Of a stretch of DNA of 64,000 bases, positions 40,697 through 50,314 are shown one piece after another. Location: positions 8,082 to 72,081 of the forward strand of contig CAYWTB010000001.1 of the NCBI GenBank assembly GCA_964461135.1. The letters run 5' to 3'. Within the stretch, counting starts at the first letter, position 1; the number at the start of each line of letters is the position of its first letter. The position numbers and the translations under genes are program-made. The notes under the pieces were generated by a model that was not told the DNA's origin, did no database searches, and was given only the letters and a program-made list of their open reading frames with translations. Source of the stretch: an uncultured Caldithrix sp. (GTDB lineage Bacteria; Calditrichota; Calditrichia; RBG-13-44-9).

Positions 40697-41290
40697 ATGA
40701 TTTACGAAGGTAATGCCGGGAAATCTGCTTTTTTTCTTGACCGTGACGGTACAGTTTGCGAAGAGGTGGGATATATAAAAGATGTGGACCAACTTCAGCT
40801 TATTGAGGGCTCAGCCGAGGCCATACGGATCATCAACCGGCACGGGTGGAAAACCATCATCATCAGCAATCAATCGGGGATTGCCCGAGGCTTCATGGAT
40901 GAAAGCGATGTAGATGCGGTCAATAATGCCCTGCTTGCCAGGCTCAACCATCAAAATGCTTATATAGAGCGAATTTATTATTGCCCCCATCACCCACAAG
41001 GTAATGCACCGTATAACATATCCTGTGATTGTCGCAAACCGGCCGGGGGCATGCTTCTTCAGGCAGCAACAGAACTGGATATAGATCTGAAGCAATCCCT
41101 GGTAATAGGGGACAAATTAACCGATGTTGAGACCGCTAACCGTCTGGACATTCCGGGCATCCTGGTACTGACCGGTTTCGGTGCCGAAGAAAGCAAATCC
41201 ATGCATAATCCGATTCTGACCAGGGCACCGGCACATATCGCTAGGAATTTATTGGACGCTGTACGCTGGTGGTTTTCACATAATAATTAA
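40697..41290 (+). CDS. gmhB: D,D-heptose 1,7-bisphosphate phosphatase (HAD, histidinol-phosphatase-like)
   Basis: FLDRDGT ... CxH...CxC Zn motif (CPHHP...CDCRKP). Confidence 0.8.
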   Translation: MIYEGNAGKSAFFLDRDGTVCEEVGYIKDVDQLQLIEGSAEAIRIINRHGWKTIIISNQSGIARGFMDESDVDAVNNALLARLNHQNAYIERIYYCPHHPQGNAPYNISCDCRKPAGGMLLQAATELDIDLKQSLVIGDKLTDVETANRLDIPGILVLTGFGAEESKSMHNPILTRAPAHIARNLLDAVRWWFSHNN

Positions 41291-41419
41291 GCGGACCCTT
41301 AAACAGCGGACTTTAAACAATGTTTCTAAATACCTAATCCCAAACTGCTTGATTTTTTTTAAGGTAATTATTACTTTAGATTCATAAAATACCCAGCGTA
41401 GAACAAGAGCTAATGATAA

Positions 41420-42169
41420 ATGAAAACCATTACGTATGAAAAAATACTTTCATTTGCCCGGGAAAAACGGGCCGGATTTATAATGCTTATGGACCCGGAC
41501 CGCCTGCCTCTGGACCAGGTAAGTTCCACCGTTATCCAGGCCAGGGAAAACGGGGTAGACATATTTTTTGTGGGGGGCACACTGCTTTTGAGCCGCAATT
41601 TCGATGATTTCGTCCGCCTGGTAAAAGAAGCTGCCGGAGATATACCGGTGATTCTCTTTCCGGGAAGTGTCTTCCAGGTATCCAAATTCGCCGATGCTAT
41701 TCTGTATTTGTCCATCATCAGCGGAAGAAATCCGGCCTATCTTATCGATAACCAGGTTCTTGCAGCACCCATTGTATGGCAGCTTCAGGTGGAGGCCATA
41801 TCCTGCGGATATATGCTGATAGAGTCCGGACAAATGACCAGTGCGGAATTCATGAGCAATTCACATCCCATTCCCCGCCATAAACCGGATCTGGCGCTGG
41901 CTCATGCACTGGCCGCCCAGTACCTGGGATTTAAAGTGGTTTATCTGGAGGGGGGCAGTGGCGCCCAGCTGTCTGTACCGGAAGAAATGATTATGGCTGT
42001 CAGTAAAACTATTTCCATTCCCGTAATTGTCGGTGGAGGTATCCGGACACCGGAAATGGCACAGAAAAAAGTTCAGGCGGGAGCGTCCTTCGTGGTTATA
42101 GGCAATCATTTTGAAGATCCCGACAATTTTGAAAAAATCAAAGAATTCGCCGAGGCTATTCATCAGTAA
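41420..42169 (+). CDS. Geranylgeranylglyceryl-phosphate synthase / PcrB-family prenyl-glyceryl phosphate synthase
   Basis: IMLMDPD, GVDIFFVGGT, ILFPGS, GRNPAY, YLEGGSGA, VGGGIRT: all hallmark GGGPS/PcrB TIM-barrel motifs. Confidence 0.8.
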   Translation: MKTITYEKILSFAREKRAGFIMLMDPDRLPLDQVSSTVIQARENGVDIFFVGGTLLLSRNFDDFVRLVKEAAGDIPVILFPGSVFQVSKFADAILYLSIISGRNPAYLIDNQVLAAPIVWQLQVEAISCGYMLIESGQMTSAEFMSNSHPIPRHKPDLALAHALAAQYLGFKVVYLEGGSGAQLSVPEEMIMAVSKTISIPVIVGGGIRTPEMAQKKVQAGASFVVIGNHFEDPDNFEKIKEFAEAIHQ

Positions 42170-42194
42170 TCTCGGGCAAAGACTGGATTCAGGT

Positions 42195-42803
42195 ATGAAT
42201 AATTCAAAACGAAATGCAGACTGGCACAAGATTCTGGAACAGAATGTCCAGGAAAATATCGAAGTTAAGATGGAACTGCTGGCCCACACCGAAGAGACCA
42301 TCCTGCATGCCATCCATCAACTGAAAAAAACCATAGAAAAGGACGGGAAAATTCTGTTGTGCGGTAATGGCGGCAGTGCAGCCGATGCCCAGCATATTGC
42401 CGCTGAACTGGTAGTCCGCCTGAAAAGCACTTACGACCGGCCTGCTATTGCGGCTCAATCACTAACTGTTGATACCTCTATCATTACGGCCAGCGGAAAT
42501 GATTACGGTTTTCGATTTATATTTGCCAGACAGATTGAAGCACTGGGAAGACATGGTGATACTCTAATCGCTATCAGCACCAGCGGAAATTCCGAAAATG
42601 TAATCGAGGCCGTCAACATGGCACATGAAAGGGGGTTGTATGTCATCGGGCTGCTGGGCCGTGACGGTGGGAAACTGCATGAGCTTGTAGATCTGGCAGT
42701 AATTGTTCCTTCTAAAAATACCGCCCGGATTCAGGAATGTCATTCCCTGATCGGGCACATTATCTGCGAAATTCTGGAAAAAGAACTCTTTCCTCTGCAA
42801 TAA
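42195..42803 (+). CDS. gmhA: Sedoheptulose-7-phosphate isomerase (SIS domain)
   Basis: LLCGNGGSAADAQHIAAEL ... AISTSGNS motifs. Start taken at the ATG at 42195, since the longer ORF overlaps the previous gene. Confidence 0.8.
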   Translation: MNNSKRNADWHKILEQNVQENIEVKMELLAHTEETILHAIHQLKKTIEKDGKILLCGNGGSAADAQHIAAELVVRLKSTYDRPAIAAQSLTVDTSIITASGNDYGFRFIFARQIEALGRHGDTLIAISTSGNSENVIEAVNMAHERGLYVIGLLGRDGGKLHELVDLAVIVPSKNTARIQECHSLIGHIICEILEKELFPLQ

Positions 42804-42967
42804 AATCCGAATAAATCTCTTTCCCTTACATTCAATTGCATGATGCCGGGATCCTGCAGGTGGCCTGATTCATCTTAATTAACAGCAACCTATGCTCCGG
42901 CAATTTACGGCATTTATTTCAGAACAGACAGACAACGAATTAGGGATCGACCCGCATCTTTTTCAGG

Positions 42968-44095
42968 CTATGAGGCAATTATTTTGTCTATCACCTGAAT
43001 ATGTTGCTGTGCGGACTCCTGCCAGTTAAAATGAGCCGTTCGATGGAGCCCTTTTTCTTTTAATTCACTACAGAGTGCACGATCCGAAAGCAGTTTACCT
43101 ATGCTATCCGCAATAGCATTCACATCAAGAGGATCCGCATAGTATGCGGCGTCCTCACAAATTTCCCGCATGATATCAATATCGGATACCAGCGCCGGAC
43201 AACCGCAGGCCATGGCTTCCAGGGGGGGGAGTCCGAATCCCTCATAAAGGGAAGGAAAAATAAAAAGGGTTGCCAGATTATAAAGCAGGGCCAGATCCTG
43301 TTCAGGCAGCCAAGAGGTAAATATCACCCGATCTTTTAAAAAGGGATCATCTTTGATAAGTACGGCTGATTCCCGGTCCGTCGTGATCAGCCCTTCTTTC
43401 TTTCCCGCCAGAAACAACTTAATATCCTCTCCATCCTGCAGGAATTTTCGGAAAGCCAGTAACAGGCGTTTCAAATTTTTATGCGGTTTGATGCTTCCCA
43501 CGGAGAGGATATATCGTTCCGGTAATTGATATTTGTTCCGGATTTGCTTAAGAACACCACCGTTACTTTCAATCCTGAATAATTTCCTGTTCACGCCGTT
43601 GTAGATCACCGCAATATTCTCCCGGGAAGCACCGGTATAGCGGCAAATCTCCTCCCGGGAGGTGTTTGAAACGGTTATAATCTTATCTGATTTTTTTACC
43701 GCCCGGCGAAACATGTACCGCGCATATAGTTTTTGCATCAACGGTAACAGATCATAAAAGGCGAGGTGATAGACATCATGAATGGTAACGATGCGTTTTT
43801 TTGCCCGCACCGGTAAAAGAGGAATATTAAAGTGGGGAGACCAGAAAACGTCAGTTCGGGGTATTTTGCGGGACAGTTCCAGCTGCTCACTGACCGAGTA
43901 AATGGAGCTTCCGGTTTCAATAATTTCCACCTGATTTATCCAGTTAAATTCCTGCAGATTTTCTCCGGAGGCCAGCAGAAATACTCTATAATGGTCCAGA
44001 ATCAGCGGAATAAGATTTCGGATATAAGTACCAATCCCGGCATGGTGAATCATCCGGACATCAACCGTCAGTATTTTTTTTGAGGGTCTGCTCAA
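42968..44095 (-). CDS. Glycosyltransferase family 4
   Basis: GT4 C-terminal domain (EGFGLPPLEAMACGCP). Confidence 0.8.
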   Translation of the reverse strand: MSRPSKKILTVDVRMIHHAGIGTYIRNLIPLILDHYRVFLLASGENLQEFNWINQVEIIETGSSIYSVSEQLELSRKIPRTDVFWSPHFNIPLLPVRAKKRIVTIHDVYHLAFYDLLPLMQKLYARYMFRRAVKKSDKIITVSNTSREEICRYTGASRENIAVIYNGVNRKLFRIESNGGVLKQIRNKYQLPERYILSVGSIKPHKNLKRLLLAFRKFLQDGEDIKLFLAGKKEGLITTDRESAVLIKDDPFLKDRVIFTSWLPEQDLALLYNLATLFIFPSLYEGFGLPPLEAMACGCPALVSDIDIMREICEDAAYYADPLDVNAIADSIGKLLSDRALCSELKEKGLHRTAHFNWQESAQQHIQVIDKIIAS

Positions 44096-45114
44096 AGTTG
44101 TTTCCCCATTTTGCCCCTGAAGCAGTCGGATATTCCCCGGATGCCGGCCAGAAATCCCCTGAAATGTAAATTTATTATTCTTTTCAATATACGCAGGCAG
44201 ATATACAGGAAATTGAACGGTAAATACTTTCTGAAATATTTAAGATTCAAAAAAAGATTATTGCGAATACCATAATAATCTTTCAGAATGCTGGAGGCCG
44301 CCTGCCCTTCACGGTGAAAAACAACTGAATCCAGAGCTGCAGCTACTCTAAAACCATGGCAGGCGGCATTTAAACAGTAATCCACATCATCTGAATAAAC
44401 AAAAAAATCTTCACTAAGAAGCCCGGTTTTTAGAATACACTTTTTCGAGATCAGAAATGAAGCTCCCACAATATAATTCATCTTCACAAGGTCTTTTTCT
44501 TTCAGCACATGACGGCTGCTACCCCACACCGGACTGACAATACCGCCACCCAGCGCCTGAAATATCTCCGGATGGTTATAGGTCATCAGACTGGAACCAG
44601 TAATGCCGATTTTATCATCACCATTCGCTTTCTCCACCAATCTGGTAAGAGCATCCTCCGCCACCACCGTATCATTATTCAACAACCAGATAAAATCGTA
44701 ATTATTGTAGTGCATGGCAAAACGTATGCCCACATTATTTCCACCCGTGAAACCCAGGTTTTCATCCGACCTGATCAGAATAAAGTTGTTTTTATTCCGG
44801 ATTTTCAGTTCCGGTTTATTTTTCCTGGTTTCCGGGGAATCGAATTTCTTAAATCCTTTGGCAGATAAATGCATATATTTCAGTGGTTTTTTTAAGGGGG
44901 GTTGCGTAAGGTACCTTAAGGGATTAGAAGGACTTAACCAGTGATCCAGTTTCCCTTCAGCCCAGTTTCTGATAAGTTCCGGCGAGTTGTCAGCAGAGCC
45001 ATTTTCCACCAGTACTACTTCAAAATCAGGATAATCCATTCTCAGAAGGCTCTCCAGGCATTCGATGGTATCGGCCCAGCCGTTATAATTCAGAATGATA
45101 ATACATACCTTCAA
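44092..45114 (-). CDS. Glycosyltransferase family 2
   Basis: CIIILNYNGWADT...DFEVVLVENGSAD GT2 motifs. Confidence 0.8.
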   Translation of the reverse strand: MKVCIIILNYNGWADTIECLESLLRMDYPDFEVVLVENGSADNSPELIRNWAEGKLDHWLSPSNPLRYLTQPPLKKPLKYMHLSAKGFKKFDSPETRKNKPELKIRNKNNFILIRSDENLGFTGGNNVGIRFAMHYNNYDFIWLLNNDTVVAEDALTRLVEKANGDDKIGITGSSLMTYNHPEIFQALGGGIVSPVWGSSRHVLKEKDLVKMNYIVGASFLISKKCILKTGLLSEDFFVYSDDVDYCLNAACHGFRVAAALDSVVFHREGQAASSILKDYYGIRNNLFLNLKYFRKYLPFNFLYICLRILKRIINLHFRGFLAGIRGISDCFRGKMGKQL

Positions 45115-45143
45115 TCTATTCTCTTCACCGGATTTAAATTATA

Positions 45144-45980
45144 CTATTCTATGGCCTTGTTCATAAAAACTGGAAATAACAGTGATTGCCTGTGGACGGC
45201 AACAACATTTTGATACCCAAAAATTTCACGATAAACCGGATGGCTGTTATCCAGCAGAACCCATCCGTCGGTCAGTAATCTGTAAAAGGAATACTGTGGC
45301 AACAGTTTCATGAAATCGTTCATGAAAACCTCACTGACAGCATTAAGCTCACCGAACTCAAACTGGATGCACTGTATCCGCCCTTCACTTAACGTCTTAC
45401 GGGCCCCCTTCAATACATTTAGTTCATTCCCCTCCGTATCGATTTTTAACAGATCAATTTGCCTGATCTGATGTTCCTTCGCAAAATGATCGATAGTATC
45501 TATGTCTACCAGGTGTCTGATCGCTTTTCCGTGATGAATATTCTCAATTACCTCCCTGTAGAGGGAAGCATGGGTTGAACCATCCTGATTGATATAGTCA
45601 TACAGGGCCGATTGCTTTTCTTCTTCTCCAAACCCGATGTTAAATGATTCAAACTGATACCTCTCGGCGACTTTTTCTAATTTTTTATAGGTTTTGGGAT
45701 GGGGTTCAAACGCGTAGATCTGCATACAGGTGGATACGCTTTTTATCATTTTGGCATAAAATCCCTGATTGGCACCAATGTCAAAAACCACCGCTGCCGG
45801 TAAATGTTTGCAAACGGTTTGCAGGAAAAATTTTTCACCACTGGCCCCGGGAGTGATGGAATTAAACATTCCCATGCCATGAAGACTGAGCATATAGATT
45901 CTCCGGTTGAAGCGATAAAATTTTCGATTGCCAAAAAAAGAGACATACCATTCTAACAAACGATGCTTTAATTTCTCCAT
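45144..45980 (-). CDS. FkbM-family methyltransferase
   Basis: FDIGANQGFY...YAFEP motifs. Start trimmed to an internal Met to avoid overlap with the upstream GT4. Confidence 0.7.
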   Translation of the reverse strand: MEKLKHRLLEWYVSFFGNRKFYRFNRRIYMLSLHGMGMFNSITPGASGEKFFLQTVCKHLPAAVVFDIGANQGFYAKMIKSVSTCMQIYAFEPHPKTYKKLEKVAERYQFESFNIGFGEEEKQSALYDYINQDGSTHASLYREVIENIHHGKAIRHLVDIDTIDHFAKEHQIRQIDLLKIDTEGNELNVLKGARKTLSEGRIQCIQFEFGELNAVSEVFMNDFMKLLPQYSFYRLLTDGWVLLDNSHPVYREIFGYQNVVAVHRQSLLFPVFMNKAIE

Positions 45981-46011
45981 GACAGTTTTTCTCAATAACT
46001 TGTTCTCAGGG

Positions 46012-47118
46012 TTAACGGAGATGTCTGCCAAGTATATCATCCCACTTTTCAGACAACTTTTTTGCAGTATAATTTTGTGCAAGTTGAATCGACTTTTTCT
46101 TCCTCTCAATCAGTTCAGAGTGGTTTTCAAACAAGTCCTTAAGAATAATAGAGGCATCCCGGCAGAATACCGTTTCATTCAATAAGAAACCTGTCCCACT
46201 ATTCTGCAGAATCTCCCGGGGCCCGGCAAGACTGCTGGCAATGACAACCGTTCCACAGGCCATTGCTTCGATGATAACCATGCCGAAAGTTTCTTCCCAA
46301 CGGGGAGTTTTCCGGCTGGGCAGCAAAAGAACATCACTCTCCCGGTAAATACCCGCCAGTTTTGCGGGATCATCAATGAAACTTTGCCAGTGCACATTTT
46401 TGCAATGCCGGGTTTTTTCAATGATATGCGGTTTTAAATTACCTTCCCCGATAAACCAGAAATCAAAATTATCCTTCGGCAGCCGCTCGGAAAGGGTCAA
46501 AATATCATCAATTCCTTTTTCTTTGACCAGGCGTCCCACATATAAACAGTTTAACTTGGATTTACCTGCCTCAGAATAAAGCTGTTGGTTATCCGTATGG
46601 AATATTTTTTCTTCAAATGAATGCATTACAACAGTGGCAGGACATGATATCCGGTATTTCTGCCGAAGACTGTTTAAGGCTGTTTGTGTAATGGCGAAAA
46701 GACCGGCAACCTCTTCCTCCAGAAAACGTTTCCAGGTATTCTGCACAAGTCTGATTCCTCCCAATCGCGGTTTCGGGAAGTGAGTACCCTGCCAGTTTGC
46801 CCAGGAGGTAAAATAAAACACTTGGTGGTGTTTCAATATTCCGCAAAGATCCAGCATACGAAAATCATAAGGCGCCATTCCCAGTATAACAACTTTGTTT
46901 TTAGAGAAGAAAAGCCAAAAAAAAGTATAAAGGTTCTTCGGCACCTTTTTTAAGGAGCGAAAAGATTTTTCTTTAATGATCCTCTTAAAAAAGCCGGACA
47001 GGGAATATTCACGGTAATACAAACGGACCTGCGGGTATCTTTTTTTCAGCAGATATTCCAGAGCCCGGAAGTGACGTTTCTCACCATATTCATGTAAAAC
47101 GATCAGTTCTTTACTCAT
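46012..47118 (-). CDS. Glycosyltransferase family 4
   Basis: GT4 C-terminal EX7E-type region (ETFGMVIIEAMACGT). Confidence 0.75.
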   Translation of the reverse strand: MSKELIVLHEYGEKRHFRALEYLLKKRYPQVRLYYREYSLSGFFKRIIKEKSFRSLKKVPKNLYTFFWLFFSKNKVVILGMAPYDFRMLDLCGILKHHQVFYFTSWANWQGTHFPKPRLGGIRLVQNTWKRFLEEEVAGLFAITQTALNSLRQKYRISCPATVVMHSFEEKIFHTDNQQLYSEAGKSKLNCLYVGRLVKEKGIDDILTLSERLPKDNFDFWFIGEGNLKPHIIEKTRHCKNVHWQSFIDDPAKLAGIYRESDVLLLPSRKTPRWEETFGMVIIEAMACGTVVIASSLAGPREILQNSGTGFLLNETVFCRDASIILKDLFENHSELIERKKKSIQLAQNYTAKKLSEKWDDILGRHLR

Positions 47119-48413
47119 ATCAATTCCGGAGCTGACAACATGTTTATTTTGTGTTTTTGAAGAGTGAGATATCCCAGGCTGATAATGGTTGTCTGGGCTA
47201 ATACATTGGAAAGTGCAACACCATTGGCCCCAAAATGAAAAATGACCAGGAAGAGGAATAGCATCACAAAATTTGTCAGCGCCCCGCTGACGTAAATGGC
47301 TGAAAAATATTTATCCAATTTAAATGAGAGCAGTGCCACATTAAAAACAAGGTAAGACAACGGCGTAATAACGACCAGAAAGGAAAAAATCCGGAAGATG
47401 GGCACTGCCGGGAGATATTCGCTCCCCAGTACCACCAGTACGATTTGCTTTGCACCGCCAAAAATGACTATCCATCCCAGCACGGCGAATATCAGGGTAT
47501 AACGATTAATTTTACGTATGAATTCGATGGCCTTTTGCCGGGCAGTCTCCGCCAGCTGGGCACAGTGAGGATAAATGGCCTGGTAAAGGGGATTGGGCAT
47601 AAATTTAATGGCCTGAATAATTTTTTCCGCCGAGGTATAATAACCGACGATGGTATTAGTGGTAACCAGTCCCAGAATAAGAGTATTTGTAGTGGTGTAC
47701 AGGCTGATGGAAATCTGGCTGATAAAAATATACCAGCCTTCCCTGAACTGCCTTTTAACTATTCTTAGGGCCGGAAAATGAAATTTCACTTTAAAGCGTG
47801 CCAAAACCGTAATAACCGCAATCACTCCACCGCTGATGAAGCCCAGAGAATTCAACAGCGGGACATAAATGTAATCTGACGGTCTTGTAATAAATATAAA
47901 AATAGATAACGTAAACAGCAATTTGGCAGTCAGATTGATGACGGTCTGATATTTCATTTTTTCAATCCCCTGGAAAAACCACAGCGGGAATAAAACCTGT
48001 CCGATCACAATTCCAAATGTCAGATAATAGAGCGGCCAATCCGGGGAGAATCTTTCAAATCCGAATACAATAATGGTCATAATCCCTAAAGATAAGAGAG
48101 TTAAAGTGAGTTTGATGAGCATTACGCTGCTGTATATCTGAGAGAGACGATTCCGGTCATTTCGAGCCAGGGAAATGGCCCGGGTAGCTGAAAGGTTAAA
48201 TCCGAAATCAGTGACCACAATAAAATGCCATATAAATGCCTGAGCAAACATTACCAATCCGAATTTTTCCACTCCCAGCACACGTACCAGGTAGGGGAGC
48301 GTAATGAGGGCCAGCAGGTAGTTGGCACCCTGTAAAAAGGAAAGAGAAAAGAAATTTTCGGCTATTTTTTTCTTATTCCTGTCCTGGAAAAAATTTTGCA
48401 GCCGTTTTTTCAT
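47115..48413 (-). CDS. wzx: Polysaccharide flippase (Wzx/MOP superfamily)
   Basis: About 12 predicted TM helices. N-terminus typical of O-unit flippases. Confidence 0.75.
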   Translation of the reverse strand: MKKRLQNFFQDRNKKKIAENFFSLSFLQGANYLLALITLPYLVRVLGVEKFGLVMFAQAFIWHFIVVTDFGFNLSATRAISLARNDRNRLSQIYSSVMLIKLTLTLLSLGIMTIIVFGFERFSPDWPLYYLTFGIVIGQVLFPLWFFQGIEKMKYQTVINLTAKLLFTLSIFIFITRPSDYIYVPLLNSLGFISGGVIAVITVLARFKVKFHFPALRIVKRQFREGWYIFISQISISLYTTTNTLILGLVTTNTIVGYYTSAEKIIQAIKFMPNPLYQAIYPHCAQLAETARQKAIEFIRKINRYTLIFAVLGWIVIFGGAKQIVLVVLGSEYLPAVPIFRIFSFLVVITPLSYLVFNVALLSFKLDKYFSAIYVSGALTNFVMLFLFLVIFHFGANGVALSNVLAQTTIISLGYLTLQKHKINMLSAPELI

Positions 48414-48886
48414 GGGATACCGGATTCTTGCTGGCGGTTTCTTCTTCTGATTTCACATATTTAACGCGCTAAAATAACAAATTCGTTTAACAAAACCAAC
48501 GCCGAAACCATATAAACGCCTTTCTGCCTGATAATTGACAGGTCATTCTCCCTGTTCCGAGAAAGGAAAGATTAACGTAAAGCAGGAATCCGACGCAAGT
48601 ACAAATATTTGATCCTGAATTGACACTCAGCCACTGCCAGCTGAAACAATAACAGGATAAATTAGAAAATGGAACATCAGCAGATTTCGAAAACGGTATC
48701 TAAATAAGGGCAGACGACAGACTACCAGTGGGAATATAATTAGAAGCGATATAAATTTACAGGATGGCTGTAGAAACGATAACTATTCCAGCCTTCACAA
48801 GACAACTTTCATAACCTGATCCTGGACAAAAATTCAGGTGGAATTTCTCATTTTCCGGGACGCAGTACCTCTGAAGCGGGCTATTT

Positions 48887-49921
48887 TTATTTCGCCAGAT
48901 TGGACAGATTGTAACCTTTCAGGGAAATTTCATTCAGGTGTTCTTTTATAAAATCTTGAATATTTTCCGAGGAGACAATGAAGGTAATACCATAGTTAAT
49001 ATTTCTGTCCAGGTTTATATAAACATCGCCATTATAGGGAATACGGGGATCATAACCAAGCCGGGTGACATCTTCCGGAGGAACAATCGTATAATCAAAA
49101 TCTGCTGAGGCTGAACTGGCCAGTCCCACCAGTTCAAAATTCGGTACACCGTCTTTAATGGCCAGCACAATACCGCCGCTGAATCCCCGGTTAAATAGAG
49201 CATCCACCAGGAACGATCCGTTTCTATCCCGGTCAGGCTGACTGACAATACCACGGGTTACCATTTCATATCCCTTAGGATATCCCATTAAGTAAACAAA
49301 TGAGCCCCATTCCAGATTTTTAGCTTTCCCCAATGGATAATCAAAAACCGGGATAGGAAAGCGCGTATTACCGTTAAATGTCTTACCGAGGAGGGTAATA
49401 TCAAGCTCCGTGTCTACGGCCAGAATCTCAAGCTCACCCTTTTCCGGCAGATCAGCCACAAAATTGTTCTGTTTTTCTTTAAAAGCGACACTCTGCAAAT
49501 AAGTGGTGGGGTTGCGGTTCTCATCTGTATAATAGGTATAGAGTGTATCGTCGAAATCAATGATATGAGCACAGGTGAGTAAAACCAGCTGTCTTCCCGA
49601 ATAGCTGACTACTGTGGCAGAACCAATCACCGAATTGTTAAAGAAAATTTCCTTTTCCGCCAAATTGCGGTACTTTTTGCTCGTTATCTTATCTCTGGTC
49701 ACCATCTTTTCCCTGGGAAAAACATAGGATTTGTAGTAGGCAATAGCCGACAGTTTCCTCACCGTCTGAGAAATTTTATTCAATTCAGCAGAACAACTTT
49801 TATAGGGAAACTCGGTGTCATACTTGCCGTCGTTTAAAGTGGGATACGCCACCTGATAGATGCGACGGGAACAGCCGGTAAAAAGAAGGAATAGAAGCAA
49901 AGTTAAAATATATTTTTTCAT
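48887..49921 (-). CDS. Trypsin-like (S1) serine protease lipoprotein
   Basis: Lipobox LLFTGC. TCAHII (His) ... GFSGG (Ser). Start taken at the internal Met (MKKYILTLLLF). Confidence 0.65.
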   Translation of the reverse strand: MKKYILTLLLFLLFTGCSRRIYQVAYPTLNDGKYDTEFPYKSCSAELNKISQTVRKLSAIAYYKSYVFPREKMVTRDKITSKKYRNLAEKEIFFNNSVIGSATVVSYSGRQLVLLTCAHIIDFDDTLYTYYTDENRNPTTYLQSVAFKEKQNNFVADLPEKGELEILAVDTELDITLLGKTFNGNTRFPIPVFDYPLGKAKNLEWGSFVYLMGYPKGYEMVTRGIVSQPDRDRNGSFLVDALFNRGFSGGIVLAIKDGVPNFELVGLASSASADFDYTIVPPEDVTRLGYDPRIPYNGDVYINLDRNINYGITFIVSSENIQDFIKEHLNEISLKGYNLSNLAK

Positions 49922-50314
49922 AGTATGAATCCAGTATTTTTTAATCTGTTTAATATTAGAAAAAAATAAAAATTTTTTCAAGTTATACTTAATCCGGATA
50001 ATCAGATTATTTAATCTGAACTTATGCCGGATTATTTCCTCAAATTAAATCTCATGTCTGTTCTTACGGTCTGAAACTCTAATAGATTCAAGGCAGATAT
50101 TATTTTATGATGCGACTTTAAAGAGAAGTTTGAACCCATATCAGGAAATAAAAAATAAAAATTATTGAATAGCAAAATAATTATTCTAAATTGACGGTCT
50201 GAATTTAACTAGCTGAGACCTGTAAGACTGAGTTAACAGATTCATTCTGTTCCTATATTATAAGATAATGGTTCTACTTTTCAAAAAGCATATTGAAGAT
50301 AATCAGGAGTATTC

